A stretch of 56,703 bases of DNA from Spirulina sp. (lineage in GTDB: Bacteria > Cyanobacteriota > Cyanobacteriia > Phormidesmidales > Phormidesmidaceae), in assembly GCA_044070495.1 (NCBI GenBank), contig JBIPSI010000034.1, forward strand, positions 1-56,703. Direction: 5' to 3'. Made by a program: the position numbers and the translations under genes. The notes below the pieces were generated by a model. It searched no databases. It saw only the letters and a program-made list of their open reading frames with translations, and was not told where the DNA came from. The number at the start of each line of letters is the position of its first letter. The first letter of the stretch is position 1. Shown one piece after another: positions 20,912 to 30,864 of this stretch.

Positions 20912-20940
20912 ACCCTCCTCCAGCGGCTGGAGGAGGGTTT
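20912..20940 (+). terminator. Stem-loop / probable terminator
   Basis: ACCCTCCTCCAGC-G-GCTGGAGGAGGGT-TT. Confidence 0.6.
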
Positions 20941-21196
20941 CATAACAGGGCTACCAGTCCGTGGGGGCGGCCCAGGATAGGGTGCCATTGCCAGAAACTT
21001 ACTCTTCGTCCAGGCCGTCTACCCACTCCAGTACGGTCACGGTTTGGGCTGTGGGGTCTACCATCTAGCCCTCAGGAATGCAGCCGGATGGCCTATTCAA
21101 GAAACCGCGTACAGCCTAGCGCCCCAGCCTAGGGAGAACCTGATAGACTGAGCGAGGTCTGGTCTAGACCTACGGCGATCCATCGGTTGTGCGATC

Positions 21197-22042
21197 ATGA
21201 TGTCCGATTTCTCTGATCATTGTCCTGATGAGAGTCCTGATGAAACCTTTCATGGGGCTGGGGTGGCTGACGTAGACCCGCCCCCGGTGCTCTCGGATCA
21301 CGGTCAGGTGCACCTAAAGAGCGATGGAACTCGTCTGTGGCTGGCGCTTCCCCCCGAAACCAATGCCGAGGGCGAGGCGATTCCTTGGGCGGCGGTCTTG
21401 CAACAACTGCGCCAACGGCTGGAGGCCACCACCGCTGATCGGCAACCGCAGACAGAGATTTACCTGCAAGGGGGAGATCGTCTGCTGGATGTGCGCCAAT
21501 TGCAGTCCCTAGTCGAAATCCTCAACGAATTTGCCCTGGTGCTGAAGCGAGTCTTCACCAGCCGCCGCCAAACGGCTTTGGCTGCCGTCACTGCGGGCTA
21601 TTCCGTGGAGCAATTGGTGGCCGTGGATCATCTGGTGCAGTCGCCCCCCGCCGCCGGACGCCCCCAGGCCGATCCCCTCTACCTGCAAACCACGGTGCGA
21701 TCTGGGGTCGATATTCGCCACCCCGGCAGCATCGTCATCCTGGGCGACACCAACCCCGGCAGTGCCTTGATTGCCGATGGTGATATTATCGTCTGGGGCC
21801 GCCTGCGGGGCATGGCCCACGCCGGATTTAGCGGGGATCGCAGCCGTCGAATCATGGCCCTACAAATGCGACCCACCCAGCTCCGTATTGCCGACCTAAT
21901 GGCCCGCCCCCCAGCGGATGCCCCCGCCGACGATTGGCCGGAGGTGGCCTACGCTGGCCCCGATGCCATTCGCATTGCCCGCGCCCAAGACTTTGCCCGC
22001 ACCCAACTCAGTCCGGGAGGGCTTGGGTTTGAGGATCCCTAA
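21197..22042 (+). CDS. minC: Septum site-determining protein MinC
   Basis: TVRSG..IRHPG...ILGD.NPG...IADGDI.VWGRLRG.AHAG. Confidence 0.93.
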   Translation: MMSDFSDHCPDESPDETFHGAGVADVDPPPVLSDHGQVHLKSDGTRLWLALPPETNAEGEAIPWAAVLQQLRQRLEATTADRQPQTEIYLQGGDRLLDVRQLQSLVEILNEFALVLKRVFTSRRQTALAAVTAGYSVEQLVAVDHLVQSPPAAGRPQADPLYLQTTVRSGVDIRHPGSIVILGDTNPGSALIADGDIIVWGRLRGMAHAGFSGDRSRRIMALQMRPTQLRIADLMARPPADAPADDWPEVAYAGPDAIRIARAQDFARTQLSPGGLGFEDP

Positions 22043-22320
22043 ATAGCGCCCGATTTAACCACGCTCGACGGAACAACACCCGACTCAACGACGTTACACG
22101 GGGCATACTAGAGGGCTATGCTAGAAGGAAATATCTATCTGTATATCTATCTGTTTTGAATGTCCTAAAGGCCGGATTCAGAAACTCCTGAACTCAGAAC
22201 TGACTTTTTCAGAAGTTTTTCCCCTCGTCGTTTCTAGGGGGTTGAGGGATGCTAGGGAGTATCAGGAACACCGGATCGCTTTGGTGTTGCTATCTACCTC
22301 TCCTCGCCTTGGTGACTGTC

Positions 22321-22533
22321 ATGACGGTTTCTCCCTTTCCCCCCTCTGGGCTGTACTGTCCCTGCTGTGGCAAACACGCCGTGGTGGAATACAAGCCCAC
22401 CGTATATCACTGCCTCAACTGCGACTTTGAAAAAGATCTGAGTGACCGTCCTCATTCGGGGGCCTCGGAGGCGATGCAAATGTTGGCGGGGGCCGTGGGT
22501 ACCCTGCTGCTGGCGATGCTGTTTTTGCTCTAA
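22321..22533 (+). CDS. Small zinc-ribbon protein with C-terminal TM helix
   Basis: CPCCG...CLNC; hydrophobic C-terminus. Confidence 0.6.
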   Translation: MTVSPFPPSGLYCPCCGKHAVVEYKPTVYHCLNCDFEKDLSDRPHSGASEAMQMLAGAVGTLLLAMLFLL

Positions 22534-22645
22534 AGCATCGTCATCGAAGGCACTAGGTTGAGGACACAGTCCCTAAACATAGTGCCTTTGCACTAACCTT
22601 TGGCCCCAACGTATGATGGGGGAGCCACCTGCTAGCGGTTTTCCC

Positions 22646-23869
22646 ATGGCGATTGTTTCCTCCCACCAGCCCGACGCCACCGATCCACCGGATCAGAAGT
22701 CGCGCCGAGGTAAGGCCAAGGCTAAGACCCCAGCGGCCTCGACCTCTGCTACTCCCCCTGTGCCTGCGGATTCTAGCCCAGCGGCAGACTCCCCAACGGT
22801 TGTGCAACCGTCCTTGCCGATGGAAGCCGATGCCCCCAACCCCTCCTTGGTGAAGGGGGGAGAAGCCCAGGGTAGTGAGGCCACGGCTTCCGAAGAGAAA
22901 CTGCGGCCCCAGCGATTGCAGGACTACATTGGCCAATCCTCCCTGAAGGAGGTGCTCGATATTGCCATTAAGGCGGCCAAGTCCCGCCAGGAACCGCTGG
23001 ATCATCTGCTGCTCTACGGCCCCCCCGGTTTGGGCAAAACCACCATGGCGCTGATTTTGGCCCAGGAAATGGGAGTAGCGTGCAAAATCACCACCGCCCC
23101 CGCCCTAGAGCGCCCCCGCGACATTGCTGGCCTGTTGGTGAACCTGAAACCGGGGGATGTGCTGTTTATCGACGAAATCCATCGCCTGCCTAGGGTCACC
23201 GAGGAAATTCTCTATCCCGCCATGGAGGATGCCCGCCTCGACATCACCATTGGCAAGGGTCAGTCTGCCCGCACCCGCAGCATTCCCCTCTGCGCCTTCA
23301 CCCTGGTTGGGGCCACCACGCGGGTCGGAGCCTTGACCTCCCCCCTGCGGGATCGCTTTGGCCTGATCCAGCGACTGCGATTCTACGACATCGAAGAACT
23401 CACCCAGATCGTGCAGCGCACCGCCGACGTGCTGAATACCCCCATCGAAACCGCCGGAGCCGCCGAAATTGCCCGTCGCGCCAGGGGCACCCCCCGCATC
23501 GCCAACCGCCTGCTGCGACGGGTGCGCGATTACATGGAAGTGAAGGCCAAAGGGCCAATCACCGAAGCCATGGCCGCCGAAGCCCTAGAACTCTTCAACG
23601 TCGATCCCTGCGGCCTAGACTGGACGGATCGGCGGTTGATGTCGGTGATGATTGAAAACTTTGGCGGTGGGCCAGTGGGCCTAGACACCATGGCCGCCGC
23701 CACCGGGGAAGATCCCCAAACCATCGAAGAAGTCTACGAACCCTACCTGATGCAGATCGGCTACCTACAACGCACCCCCAGGGGCCGAGTAGTTACCGCC
23801 GCCGCCCGCCGCCACCTCGGCTATGACGAAAGCCCCCCAGATTCTGGTAGCCAAATGAGTCTTATCTAG
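22646..23869 (+). CDS. ruvB: Holliday junction branch migration helicase RuvB
   Basis: [48 protein letters not shown]; start MAIVSS at 22646. Confidence 0.96.
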   Translation: MAIVSSHQPDATDPPDQKSRRGKAKAKTPAASTSATPPVPADSSPAADSPTVVQPSLPMEADAPNPSLVKGGEAQGSEATASEEKLRPQRLQDYIGQSSLKEVLDIAIKAAKSRQEPLDHLLLYGPPGLGKTTMALILAQEMGVACKITTAPALERPRDIAGLLVNLKPGDVLFIDEIHRLPRVTEEILYPAMEDARLDITIGKGQSARTRSIPLCAFTLVGATTRVGALTSPLRDRFGLIQRLRFYDIEELTQIVQRTADVLNTPIETAGAAEIARRARGTPRIANRLLRRVRDYMEVKAKGPITEAMAAEALELFNVDPCGLDWTDRRLMSVMIENFGGGPVGLDTMAAATGEDPQTIEEVYEPYLMQIGYLQRTPRGRVVTAAARRHLGYDESPPDSGSQMSLI

Positions 23870-23969
23870 CCTTAGCCCTGTCACTTTTTACGTTGTGAAC
23901 GTAGTAAGGCGCTGGGTTGAAGCAACGGACGCCCTTTATTGACAGCACCTTTGAGCCATTGGAGACCGA

Positions 23970-24695
23970 TTATGAAATCAGTCCGCCATAAATCGCCCAT
24001 GGCAGGGCCACAAACCCCAGGCTGATGGCCGCTGCCAAGAGGGCGCTTGCCCCATAGGCCAGGGGGCGGATCCCAGCATGCAAGGCCCCCATCGACTGAA
24101 TCGCGCTCCAAATGCCGTGGCGCAGGTGAAACCCTAGGCCCAGCAGCACCGCCGAGTAGCCCAGGGTGTAGGGCAGTTTGTGAAACACCTCAACGACCAA
24201 GCGGGCCAAGTCTCGCACGGTTTGTCCCTCTAGGTCTGTGGGGTAGTAGGGGCCAAATTTGAACGTCCACAGGTGCAGCACCAAAAACAGCGCCAGGATC
24301 GATCCGGTGATGATCATCGTGCGCGAACTCAAGGACTGGTAGCTGTTTCCCCCCGCCGAGGCGTACTGGGCGTAGGCTTCCGGTCTAGCCCGCAGACGGC
24401 CCACAAATACGGAGGCTCCCACCGCCGCGTGGAGGAGCACAATCCCCACCAGCAGGCCCTCCACAGCGTAGAGCAGCACCCCCAAACTGGCCAGGTGGTG
24501 AGCGTAGGCGTTGTAGGCATCGTGCCCTGCAAACAGCAGCACGTTCCCCACCATATGAACCAGCACAAAGACCGATAGCGAGAGGCCCGTAGCGCCGGAA
24601 ATCAGCTTTTTGCCAATGGGGGATCGATAGAACCGCACCAGGGGCGAGGGGGACAGATCTGGGGTGGACTCTGGGGCCTTGAGGAGATGGGTCAT
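23970..24695 (-). CDS. sdhC: Succinate dehydrogenase cytochrome b558 subunit
   Basis: SPIGKK...TGL...F...HM.GN, SSRTM..TG...F...HL, HL.HG.WS..QS.G. Confidence 0.85.
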   Translation of the reverse strand: MTHLLKAPESTPDLSPSPLVRFYRSPIGKKLISGATGLSLSVFVLVHMVGNVLLFAGHDAYNAYAHHLASLGVLLYAVEGLLVGIVLLHAAVGASVFVGRLRARPEAYAQYASAGGNSYQSLSSRTMIITGSILALFLVLHLWTFKFGPYYPTDLEGQTVRDLARLVVEVFHKLPYTLGYSAVLLGLGFHLRHGIWSAIQSMGALHAGIRPLAYGASALLAAAISLGFVALPWAIYGGLIS

Positions 24696-24810
24696 GGGGA
24701 GGTTGGGACTTAGGGAATCGGCATCGAACCGGAGTCAGCGTAGCCCGATGGGCTGACGGACTACATCTAGCCTTAGTAGATCACAAACTTGCTCTACTGC
24801 CCTGATCTGG

Positions 24811-25037
24811 CCCTCTCCCTAAATCCCTCTCCCAACGTGGGCTACTAAGTACACATAAGTCCTTAACGTAGACGATACAGGGAATCGATCCCCCCTAACC
24901 CCCCTTAAAAAGGGGGGAACCGGAGTCAAAGTCCCCCTTTTTAAGGGGGATTTAGGGGGATCTCCAAGGACTTGCGGCATGAAAGCAAGATGTGTGTACT
25001 TAGTAGCCCTCCTGGGAGAGGGGCTGGGGGTGAGGGC
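24811..25037. mobile_element. Three-layer nested repeat: outer CCCTCTCCC/GGGAGAGGG palindrome, MITE with 17-bp TIR (24839-25009), inner GATCCCCC...GGGGGATC core (24887-24962)
   Basis: GGGCTACTAAGTACACA (24839-24855) / TGTGTACTTAGTAGCCC (24993-25009) perfect IR; the core is the reverse-orientation homolog of 7385-7451. Confidence 0.8.
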
Positions 25038-25219
25038 TGTCAGGGCATAGAGCAACTGAGCTTAACCCGAACTGAGGCTACCTCTAGGGTAAACCGTGAG
25101 TTTCTACGGCAGGAGATATTAAGAAACGCATCATCGTGCATAGGGAGACGCTCTCCCTGGGCAGCTTAAACATAGCTCAAGATTTTAAGGCGTTATCCCT
25201 GATGGTAGGGAGGTTGACC

Positions 25220-25996
25220 ATGACCGTAATCGATGAATTAACACCCAAGGAAATCACGGTAAGTCGTCAGTCTGACCGTGAGGAGCGGCAAATGGCCCTG
25301 CGCCAGATTTATGCCCAGGTGCTAGAGCGTCAGCCCTACGCCTACGAACGTAAGCTGTTGGCTAAGGATGAACAGGATTTCCTCAGAAATAAAATTGGCG
25401 TTAAGCGTTTTCTGCGTATTCTCGGCCATTCTGAGGTTTATCTCAGCGAGTTTTACTACAATTCGTCCAACCTAAAGTTTATTGAACTGTGCTTTAAGCA
25501 CTTCATTGGCCGCGCCCCCAAAGATAACGAAGAGATGCGTGAGTATTGCGATATTCTCATGCGCCACGGGGTCAAAGAAGTGATTACGGCCCTGCTGGAT
25601 TCCGATGAGTATGACCATCACTTTGGTTGCTTCACGGTGCCCCACGCCTGGACGGAAGACAAGTATCCCTCCCCACGCACCTACTGGGAAACCGACGTGC
25701 TGCTCCACGAACTCCACGGTCGCCGGGGTCGGGTGCTGCCCACCATGACCTGGCACGATCTCCACCTCGACTGCGAAGGCGGCACCTGCGCCCTAGAGCA
25801 GCCTTCGGTCGCTGGAGTCGCTGGATCTCAGCCCGTCGCCCAGTCCTCCAATGCGGGGCCATCCGCCGCCGCCATGGGTGCCCTGCACCAAGTGCTCAGT
25901 ACGATGAGCAAGGCCGATGTTGCTGCCTTTGCCCAAACCCTTTCCCCCAGCGAACGGGAGAAGCTGCTGGCGATGCTGATGCAGCCTGTCGGATAG
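25220..25996 (+). CDS. Phycobilisome linker-domain protein
   Basis: LRQIY.QVLERQPY, I.VK.F...LG.SE.Y, IEL.FKHF.GRAP, LDSDEY...FG..TVP; GGAGG RBS before ATG at 25220. Confidence 0.85.
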   Translation: MTVIDELTPKEITVSRQSDREERQMALRQIYAQVLERQPYAYERKLLAKDEQDFLRNKIGVKRFLRILGHSEVYLSEFYYNSSNLKFIELCFKHFIGRAPKDNEEMREYCDILMRHGVKEVITALLDSDEYDHHFGCFTVPHAWTEDKYPSPRTYWETDVLLHELHGRRGRVLPTMTWHDLHLDCEGGTCALEQPSVAGVAGSQPVAQSSNAGPSAAAMGALHQVLSTMSKADVAAFAQTLSPSEREKLLAMLMQPVG

Positions 25997-26040
25997 GGTT
26001 TGGATAACCTGAGTTTGGCTGGTTTGTCTCCGATATCCGT

Positions 26041-26064
26041 GGGCGAGGAGACCTCGCCCCTACG
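26041..26064 (-). repeat. GTAG-type REP-like palindrome
   Basis: Reverse complement CGTAGGGGCGAGGTCTCCTCGCCC; one mismatch to the copy at 32888-32911. Confidence 0.7.
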
Positions 26065-26108
26065 GATTGGTGGGCTGGGAGGTGGGGCGATTCAATGCGG
26101 ACTTGGGG

Positions 26109-27350
26109 TTAATCGACCAGACGCACGAATTTTTTCTTGCCCACCTGCACCACCTTGCCCAGAAGCGATTCTGGGCTGGGGAATTCCTGGTTGGGGTCGG
26201 CCAGTTTTTCGCCATCCAGTTTGACGGCACCCCCCTGAATTTGGCGACGGGCATCGCTGCTGCTGGCACAAAGCCCCGTGGCCCCCACCAGGTAAAACAG
26301 CTTGGCCGGAAATTGAACGGTACTGAGGGAAAATTCTGGCACCCCCTCGGCGGGTTCGCCTGTGCCCTGCACGAGGCTGATGGCGGCCTGCTGGGCCTGC
26401 TGGGCGGCCTCAATGCCGTGGAACTGTTCGGTGACGGTGAGGGCCAGTTGCTTTTGCTGATCCCGTGGGTTTTCGGGCAGGCTGTCTAGGGGCAGGTCGG
26501 TGAGCAGTTCAAAATAGCTGCGAATCAGGGCATCGGGCACCTTCTCTAGCTTAGAGTACATGCTAAGGGGGGCTTCTTGCAGGCCGACGTAGTTGCCCAG
26601 GGATTTGGACATTTTTTGGTGACCATCGGTGCCCAGCAGCAGGGGCAATAGCATCCCAAACTGGGGCAACAGGCCAAAGTGACGCTGGAGGTCTCGGCCC
26701 ACGGCAATGTTAAATTTTTGATCGGTGCCGCCCAGTTCCACATCCGCCTGCACCGCTACAGAATCGTAGCCCTGGAGCAGGGGGTAGAGAAATTCGTGCA
26801 AAAAGACGGGGTTGCCCTTCTCGTAGCGCTCGGCAAAGCCCTCCTTGGCCAACATTTGGCCCACGGTCATGGTGCCCAGGAGTTCGATGATTTTGCCCAA
26901 ATCCAGGCCCGACAGCCACTCGGAGTTGTAGCGAATTTCCAGCCGTCCGGGGGTGTCGAAATCCAGGATGGGGCGCACCTGTTCTAGGTAGGTTTCGGCG
27001 TTGGCCTTCACCTCAGCCTCGGTGAGCTGGCGGCGCACTTCGGATTTTCCGGTGGGGTCGCCAATCCGGGCCGTAAAGTCGCCAATGATCAGCACGGCGG
27101 TATGTCCGGCATCCTGAAACGCCCGCAGCTTGCGCACCGGAATGCTGTGGCCCAGGTGAATTTCGGCCCCGGTGGGATCAATACCCAGCTTGACCCGCAA
27201 CGGGCGATCACAGGTGCACAGCCGCTGTGCTAGATTCTGCTCTGGGTCGCTAGAATGGGGCTGATCGGGGAAGACTTCGCTGATGCCACGATAAATGCTC
27301 TGAAGCTCAGGGGACAAGGCGGCGATTGCTAGGGAAGGGTCTTGGGCCAT
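26109..27350 (-). CDS. tyrS: Tyrosine--tRNA ligase
   Basis: [34 protein letters not shown]4 domain. Confidence 0.96.
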   Translation of the reverse strand: MAQDPSLAIAALSPELQSIYRGISEVFPDQPHSSDPEQNLAQRLCTCDRPLRVKLGIDPTGAEIHLGHSIPVRKLRAFQDAGHTAVLIIGDFTARIGDPTGKSEVRRQLTEAEVKANAETYLEQVRPILDFDTPGRLEIRYNSEWLSGLDLGKIIELLGTMTVGQMLAKEGFAERYEKGNPVFLHEFLYPLLQGYDSVAVQADVELGGTDQKFNIAVGRDLQRHFGLLPQFGMLLPLLLGTDGHQKMSKSLGNYVGLQEAPLSMYSKLEKVPDALIRSYFELLTDLPLDSLPENPRDQQKQLALTVTEQFHGIEAAQQAQQAAISLVQGTGEPAEGVPEFSLSTVQFPAKLFYLVGATGLCASSSDARRQIQGGAVKLDGEKLADPNQEFPSPESLLGKVVQVGKKKFVRLVD

Positions 27351-27525
27351 GGTGAAGGGATCGAGTTGCTGAGCTAGGGTGCATTTTATGGGGTTATGGG
27401 CCGGATCAGTCCGCGAAGTCGCGACTATAATTGCAGCTACTTCCTGGCCGAGGCTGTTTTAGCCGTCAGGGTGATCGCTCTGTCCCACTGTTCCTGCCGT
27501 TCCTCATTAAATACTGATACCTAAC

Positions 27526-29445
27526 GTGTCTACAAATACGATTCGTCAAAAAATTCGGTCTCAGCCCAAGCCGTTGCGGCGCAACACCAGCATTCTGAAG
27601 TACGTGCAGGATGTGGGACAGGTAACGGCGGCCACCCTGCTGGGCACCACCATGCTGGCCAGTGCGGTGGTGGCGGGGGGCCTGGTGGGGCTGGCCATTA
27701 GCTTCCGCAACCTGCCCGATGTGCGGGTGCTGCGCAACTATGTGCCCAGCGAAACCAGCTACATCTACGACATCGACGGTACCCTACTCTTCCGCCTCCA
27801 CGACGAGGCCAACCGCGAGGTGGTGGACATCAACGAAATTTCCCCCCACCTAAAACGGGCGGTGCTGGCGGTGGAGGACAGCTATTTCTATTCCCACAAC
27901 GGCATCAACCCCAGTAGCGTAGGACGGGCCTTGCTGGCCAACGTCCAGGCCGGATCTACGGTGGAGGGCGGTTCTACCATCACCATGCAGTTGGTGAAGA
28001 ACCTGTTCCTCACCCCAGAACGATCCGTCAGCCGTAAGGTGGCGGAGGCGGTGCTGGCCCTGCGCCTAGAGCAGATTTTCTCCAAGGAGGAAATCCTAGA
28101 GATGTACCTCAACCAGGTGTATTGGGGCCACAACAACTACGGTGTGGAAACGGCGGCCCAGAGCTACTTCAATAAATCGGCCAAGGATCTTACCCTGCCA
28201 GAGGCGGCGGTGATGGCGGGGCTAATCCAAGCCCCAGAGCGCTACAGCCCCTTCAACAACTATGAAGCCACCAAGCAGCGGCAGGCCATCGTGTTGGGTC
28301 GGATGCGCCAATTGGGCTGGATTACGCCGGAGGATCAGGCCAGTGCCCAGACCGCTCCGCTGTTGATTGGCGAAGTTAAATCCTTTAGCACTAGCAGTGT
28401 GCCCTACGTCACCGATGCTACGGTGCTGGAACTGAAGGAACGCTTTGGCGCAGATGCGGTGCTACGGGGCGGAATGCGAGTGCAAACCACCATCGACCTG
28501 GTGATGCAGCGACAAGCCGAGGAGGTGGTGCGTCGCCACAATTCCCGCATTGCCCGGATGGCTGACCAAATGGCCCTGGTGGCTATCGACCCCCGCACCC
28601 ATTTCGTGAAAGCGATGGTGGGCGGTGTGGATTACAGCCAGAGCCAATTTAACCGCGCCACCATGGCCCAACGCCAGCCCGGTTCGGCCTTCAAGCCCTT
28701 TGTCTACTACGCCGCCTTCGCCACCGGACGCTACAGCCCCGACAGCAGCATCGCCGATACCCCCGTCAGCTATCCCGATGGCTACCGAGCCTACAGCCCC
28801 CGCAACTACGACGGATCGTTCATGGGCAATATCTCCATTCGCAAGGCATTAGAGGTGTCCCGCAACGTGCCCGCTGTAAAGCTTGGTCAAGCGGTGGGCA
28901 TCAACACCATCATCGAACTGTGCCGCACCCTGGGCATCGAAAGCCCAATCATGCCCGTGACCTCCCTGCCCCTGGGGGCCGTAGACCTCACACCCATGGA
29001 AATGGCCGGAGCCTACGCCACCTTTGCCAACAATGGCTGGCACTCCGACCCCACCTTCATCGTGCAGGTGACCGACAGCAGCGGCAACCTCCTGCTCGAC
29101 AACACCCCCAACCCCCAACTGGTGCTCGATCCCTGGGCAGCGGCCTCCCTCAACGATGTGTTGCAGGGGGTGATTGTACGCGGTACGGCCCGCAGTGCCG
29201 CCATTGGTCGTCCGGCGGCGGGCAAAACCGGCACCACCGACTCCCAGCGGGACGTGTGGTTTGTGGGCTATGTGCCCCAACTGGCCACGGCGGTCTGGGT
29301 GGGCAACGACAACTACTCCCCCCTGCGGGCCGGGGCCACGGGCGGCACCTACGCCGCTCCGGTGTGGCGAGACTTTATGCGCCAAGCCCTGGCCGATACG
29401 CCGGTGGAACCCTTCAAGCGGCCCTCGGAATTTGTGCGCCCCTAG
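27526..29445 (+). CDS. Class A penicillin-binding protein (PBP1A family)
   Basis: EDSYFYSH, GGSTITMQLVKN, RQPGSAFK, SRN, GKTGT. Confidence 0.95.
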   Translation: MSTNTIRQKIRSQPKPLRRNTSILKYVQDVGQVTAATLLGTTMLASAVVAGGLVGLAISFRNLPDVRVLRNYVPSETSYIYDIDGTLLFRLHDEANREVVDINEISPHLKRAVLAVEDSYFYSHNGINPSSVGRALLANVQAGSTVEGGSTITMQLVKNLFLTPERSVSRKVAEAVLALRLEQIFSKEEILEMYLNQVYWGHNNYGVETAAQSYFNKSAKDLTLPEAAVMAGLIQAPERYSPFNNYEATKQRQAIVLGRMRQLGWITPEDQASAQTAPLLIGEVKSFSTSSVPYVTDATVLELKERFGADAVLRGGMRVQTTIDLVMQRQAEEVVRRHNSRIARMADQMALVAIDPRTHFVKAMVGGVDYSQSQFNRATMAQRQPGSAFKPFVYYAAFATGRYSPDSSIADTPVSYPDGYRAYSPRNYDGSFMGNISIRKALEVSRNVPAVKLGQAVGINTIIELCRTLGIESPIMPVTSLPLGAVDLTPMEMAGAYATFANNGWHSDPTFIVQVTDSSGNLLLDNTPNPQLVLDPWAAASLNDVLQGVIVRGTARSAAIGRPAAGKTGTTDSQRDVWFVGYVPQLATAVWVGNDNYSPLRAGATGGTYAAPVWRDFMRQALADTPVEPFKRPSEFVRP

Positions 29446-29564
29446 GGGAGTTTTCCAAACAGCTTCGTCTACTGAGGTTTCGCCCAGGCCATCGCGTCAA
29501 TGTAAATTTGGGATGAAGTTGGGAACGCTAAGGATAGCCTTCCCTCTCCCCCCGCTGGTGGTCT

Positions 29565-30830
29565 ATGCAAAGCCCGTTGCCCAGTTCCCCTATTCCCGCC
29601 GCTACCCCTGTCCACGGGACAAGGGAAACTCATCGGCGACCCACGGTTTCTTTACTGGTGGGCGATCTGTCGGCTAAGGGAGAAGGGCGATGGGCCGGAT
29701 CGCGACCCTTTTTGCTGGCCCAAGCCCTCCAGCGAGCAGGGTATGGCGTGGAAATTCTGGGCTTCACCGACGATCACCACATCGCCACGATCCAGTCTCC
29801 GGCCCCGGTGTGTGCCGTGGCCATTCCCTCCTTCCACTGGCGCTGGCGGGCGGTGGGGGAATTGTTAACTCGGATGCGGGGAGACCTTATCTACGCCCAC
29901 AAGCTCAAGCCCAGCAGCTTTGGGATAGCGTTGCTGCATCGACTGCGGCACCGTCGTCCGGTGGTGGTAGACATCGATGACTGGGAACTAAGCTGGCACG
30001 GGGGCGACGATTGGCACTATCGCCCTAGCCCCCGCCAGTTGGCCCGCGACCTGCTCAAGCCCCAGGGTGCCCTCCACGAAATGAATCATCCCTTCTACCT
30101 GCGCCAGATGGAAAATCTGGTCTCCTATGCCGACCGGATTACCACCCACAATGCCTTCTTGCAGCAGCGTTTTGGCGGCACCTACGTAGCCAACGGTAAG
30201 GATGTAGATGCCTTCGACCCCAGCCGCTACGACCCAGAGGACAGTCGGCGTCGCTACGGGTTGGCGGACTATCGGGTGATTATGTTCCCCGGTGCCCCCC
30301 GCCCCTACAAGGGCGTGGAGGATCTGTTGCAGGCGGTGGCCACCTTAAACCAGCCCGACCTGCGGGTGGTGATTGTGGGAGGCAGCCCCTACGATGACTA
30401 CGATCAACAGTTACAGCAGCGCTGGGGCCAATGGCTGATTTCCCTACCCCAAACCCCCTCAACGGACATGCCCGCCGTGTTGGCTGCTGCCCATGTGGTC
30501 GCCGTGCCCCAACGCCACCATCCCGCCGCCCTAGCCCAGTTTCCCCTCAAGCTAACCGACGGCATGGCCATGGCCAAACCCGTTTTGGCGACTCGCGTGG
30601 GGGATATGCCCCAGATTTTGGCCGATACAGGCTACCTGACCGAACCGGATAATCCCGCCGACCTAGCCACCCAACTCGCCGCTATCTTTGCCGACTGGCC
30701 CCAAGCCCAAGCCCAAGGCCAACGGGCCAGAGAACGCTGTCAGCAACACTACAGCCTCGCCGCCATGGCCACCCAACTCGACCAACTCCTCACCGAACTC
30801 ATCAACCCGCCCCCACCTTCCCACCCCTAA
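29565..30830 (+). CDS. Glycosyltransferase family 4 protein
   Basis: RPYKGVEDL, FPLKLTDGMAMAKPVLATRVGD. Confidence 0.9.
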   Translation: MQSPLPSSPIPAATPVHGTRETHRRPTVSLLVGDLSAKGEGRWAGSRPFLLAQALQRAGYGVEILGFTDDHHIATIQSPAPVCAVAIPSFHWRWRAVGELLTRMRGDLIYAHKLKPSSFGIALLHRLRHRRPVVVDIDDWELSWHGGDDWHYRPSPRQLARDLLKPQGALHEMNHPFYLRQMENLVSYADRITTHNAFLQQRFGGTYVANGKDVDAFDPSRYDPEDSRRRYGLADYRVIMFPGAPRPYKGVEDLLQAVATLNQPDLRVVIVGGSPYDDYDQQLQQRWGQWLISLPQTPSTDMPAVLAAAHVVAVPQRHHPAALAQFPLKLTDGMAMAKPVLATRVGDMPQILADTGYLTEPDNPADLATQLAAIFADWPQAQAQGQRARERCQQHYSLAAMATQLDQLLTELINPPPPSHP

Positions 30831-30864
30831 CCCCCCACCTTCCCACCCCCCACCTTCCCACCCC
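30810..30864. repeat. C-rich short tandem repeat (CCCCACCTTCCCACCC x3)
   Basis: Three copies spanning the glycosyltransferase stop and the intergenic gap. Confidence 0.75.

Noticed and set aside
24819..25169. Short ORFs containing DPPKSPLKRGT
   Set aside because: Translations of the nested repeat, with no RBS or independent evidence.
30688..30864. Pro-rich N-terminal extension of the ABC transporter in the ORF track
   Set aside because: Overlaps the glycosyltransferase and the C-rich repeat; ATG at 30865 is the plausible start.
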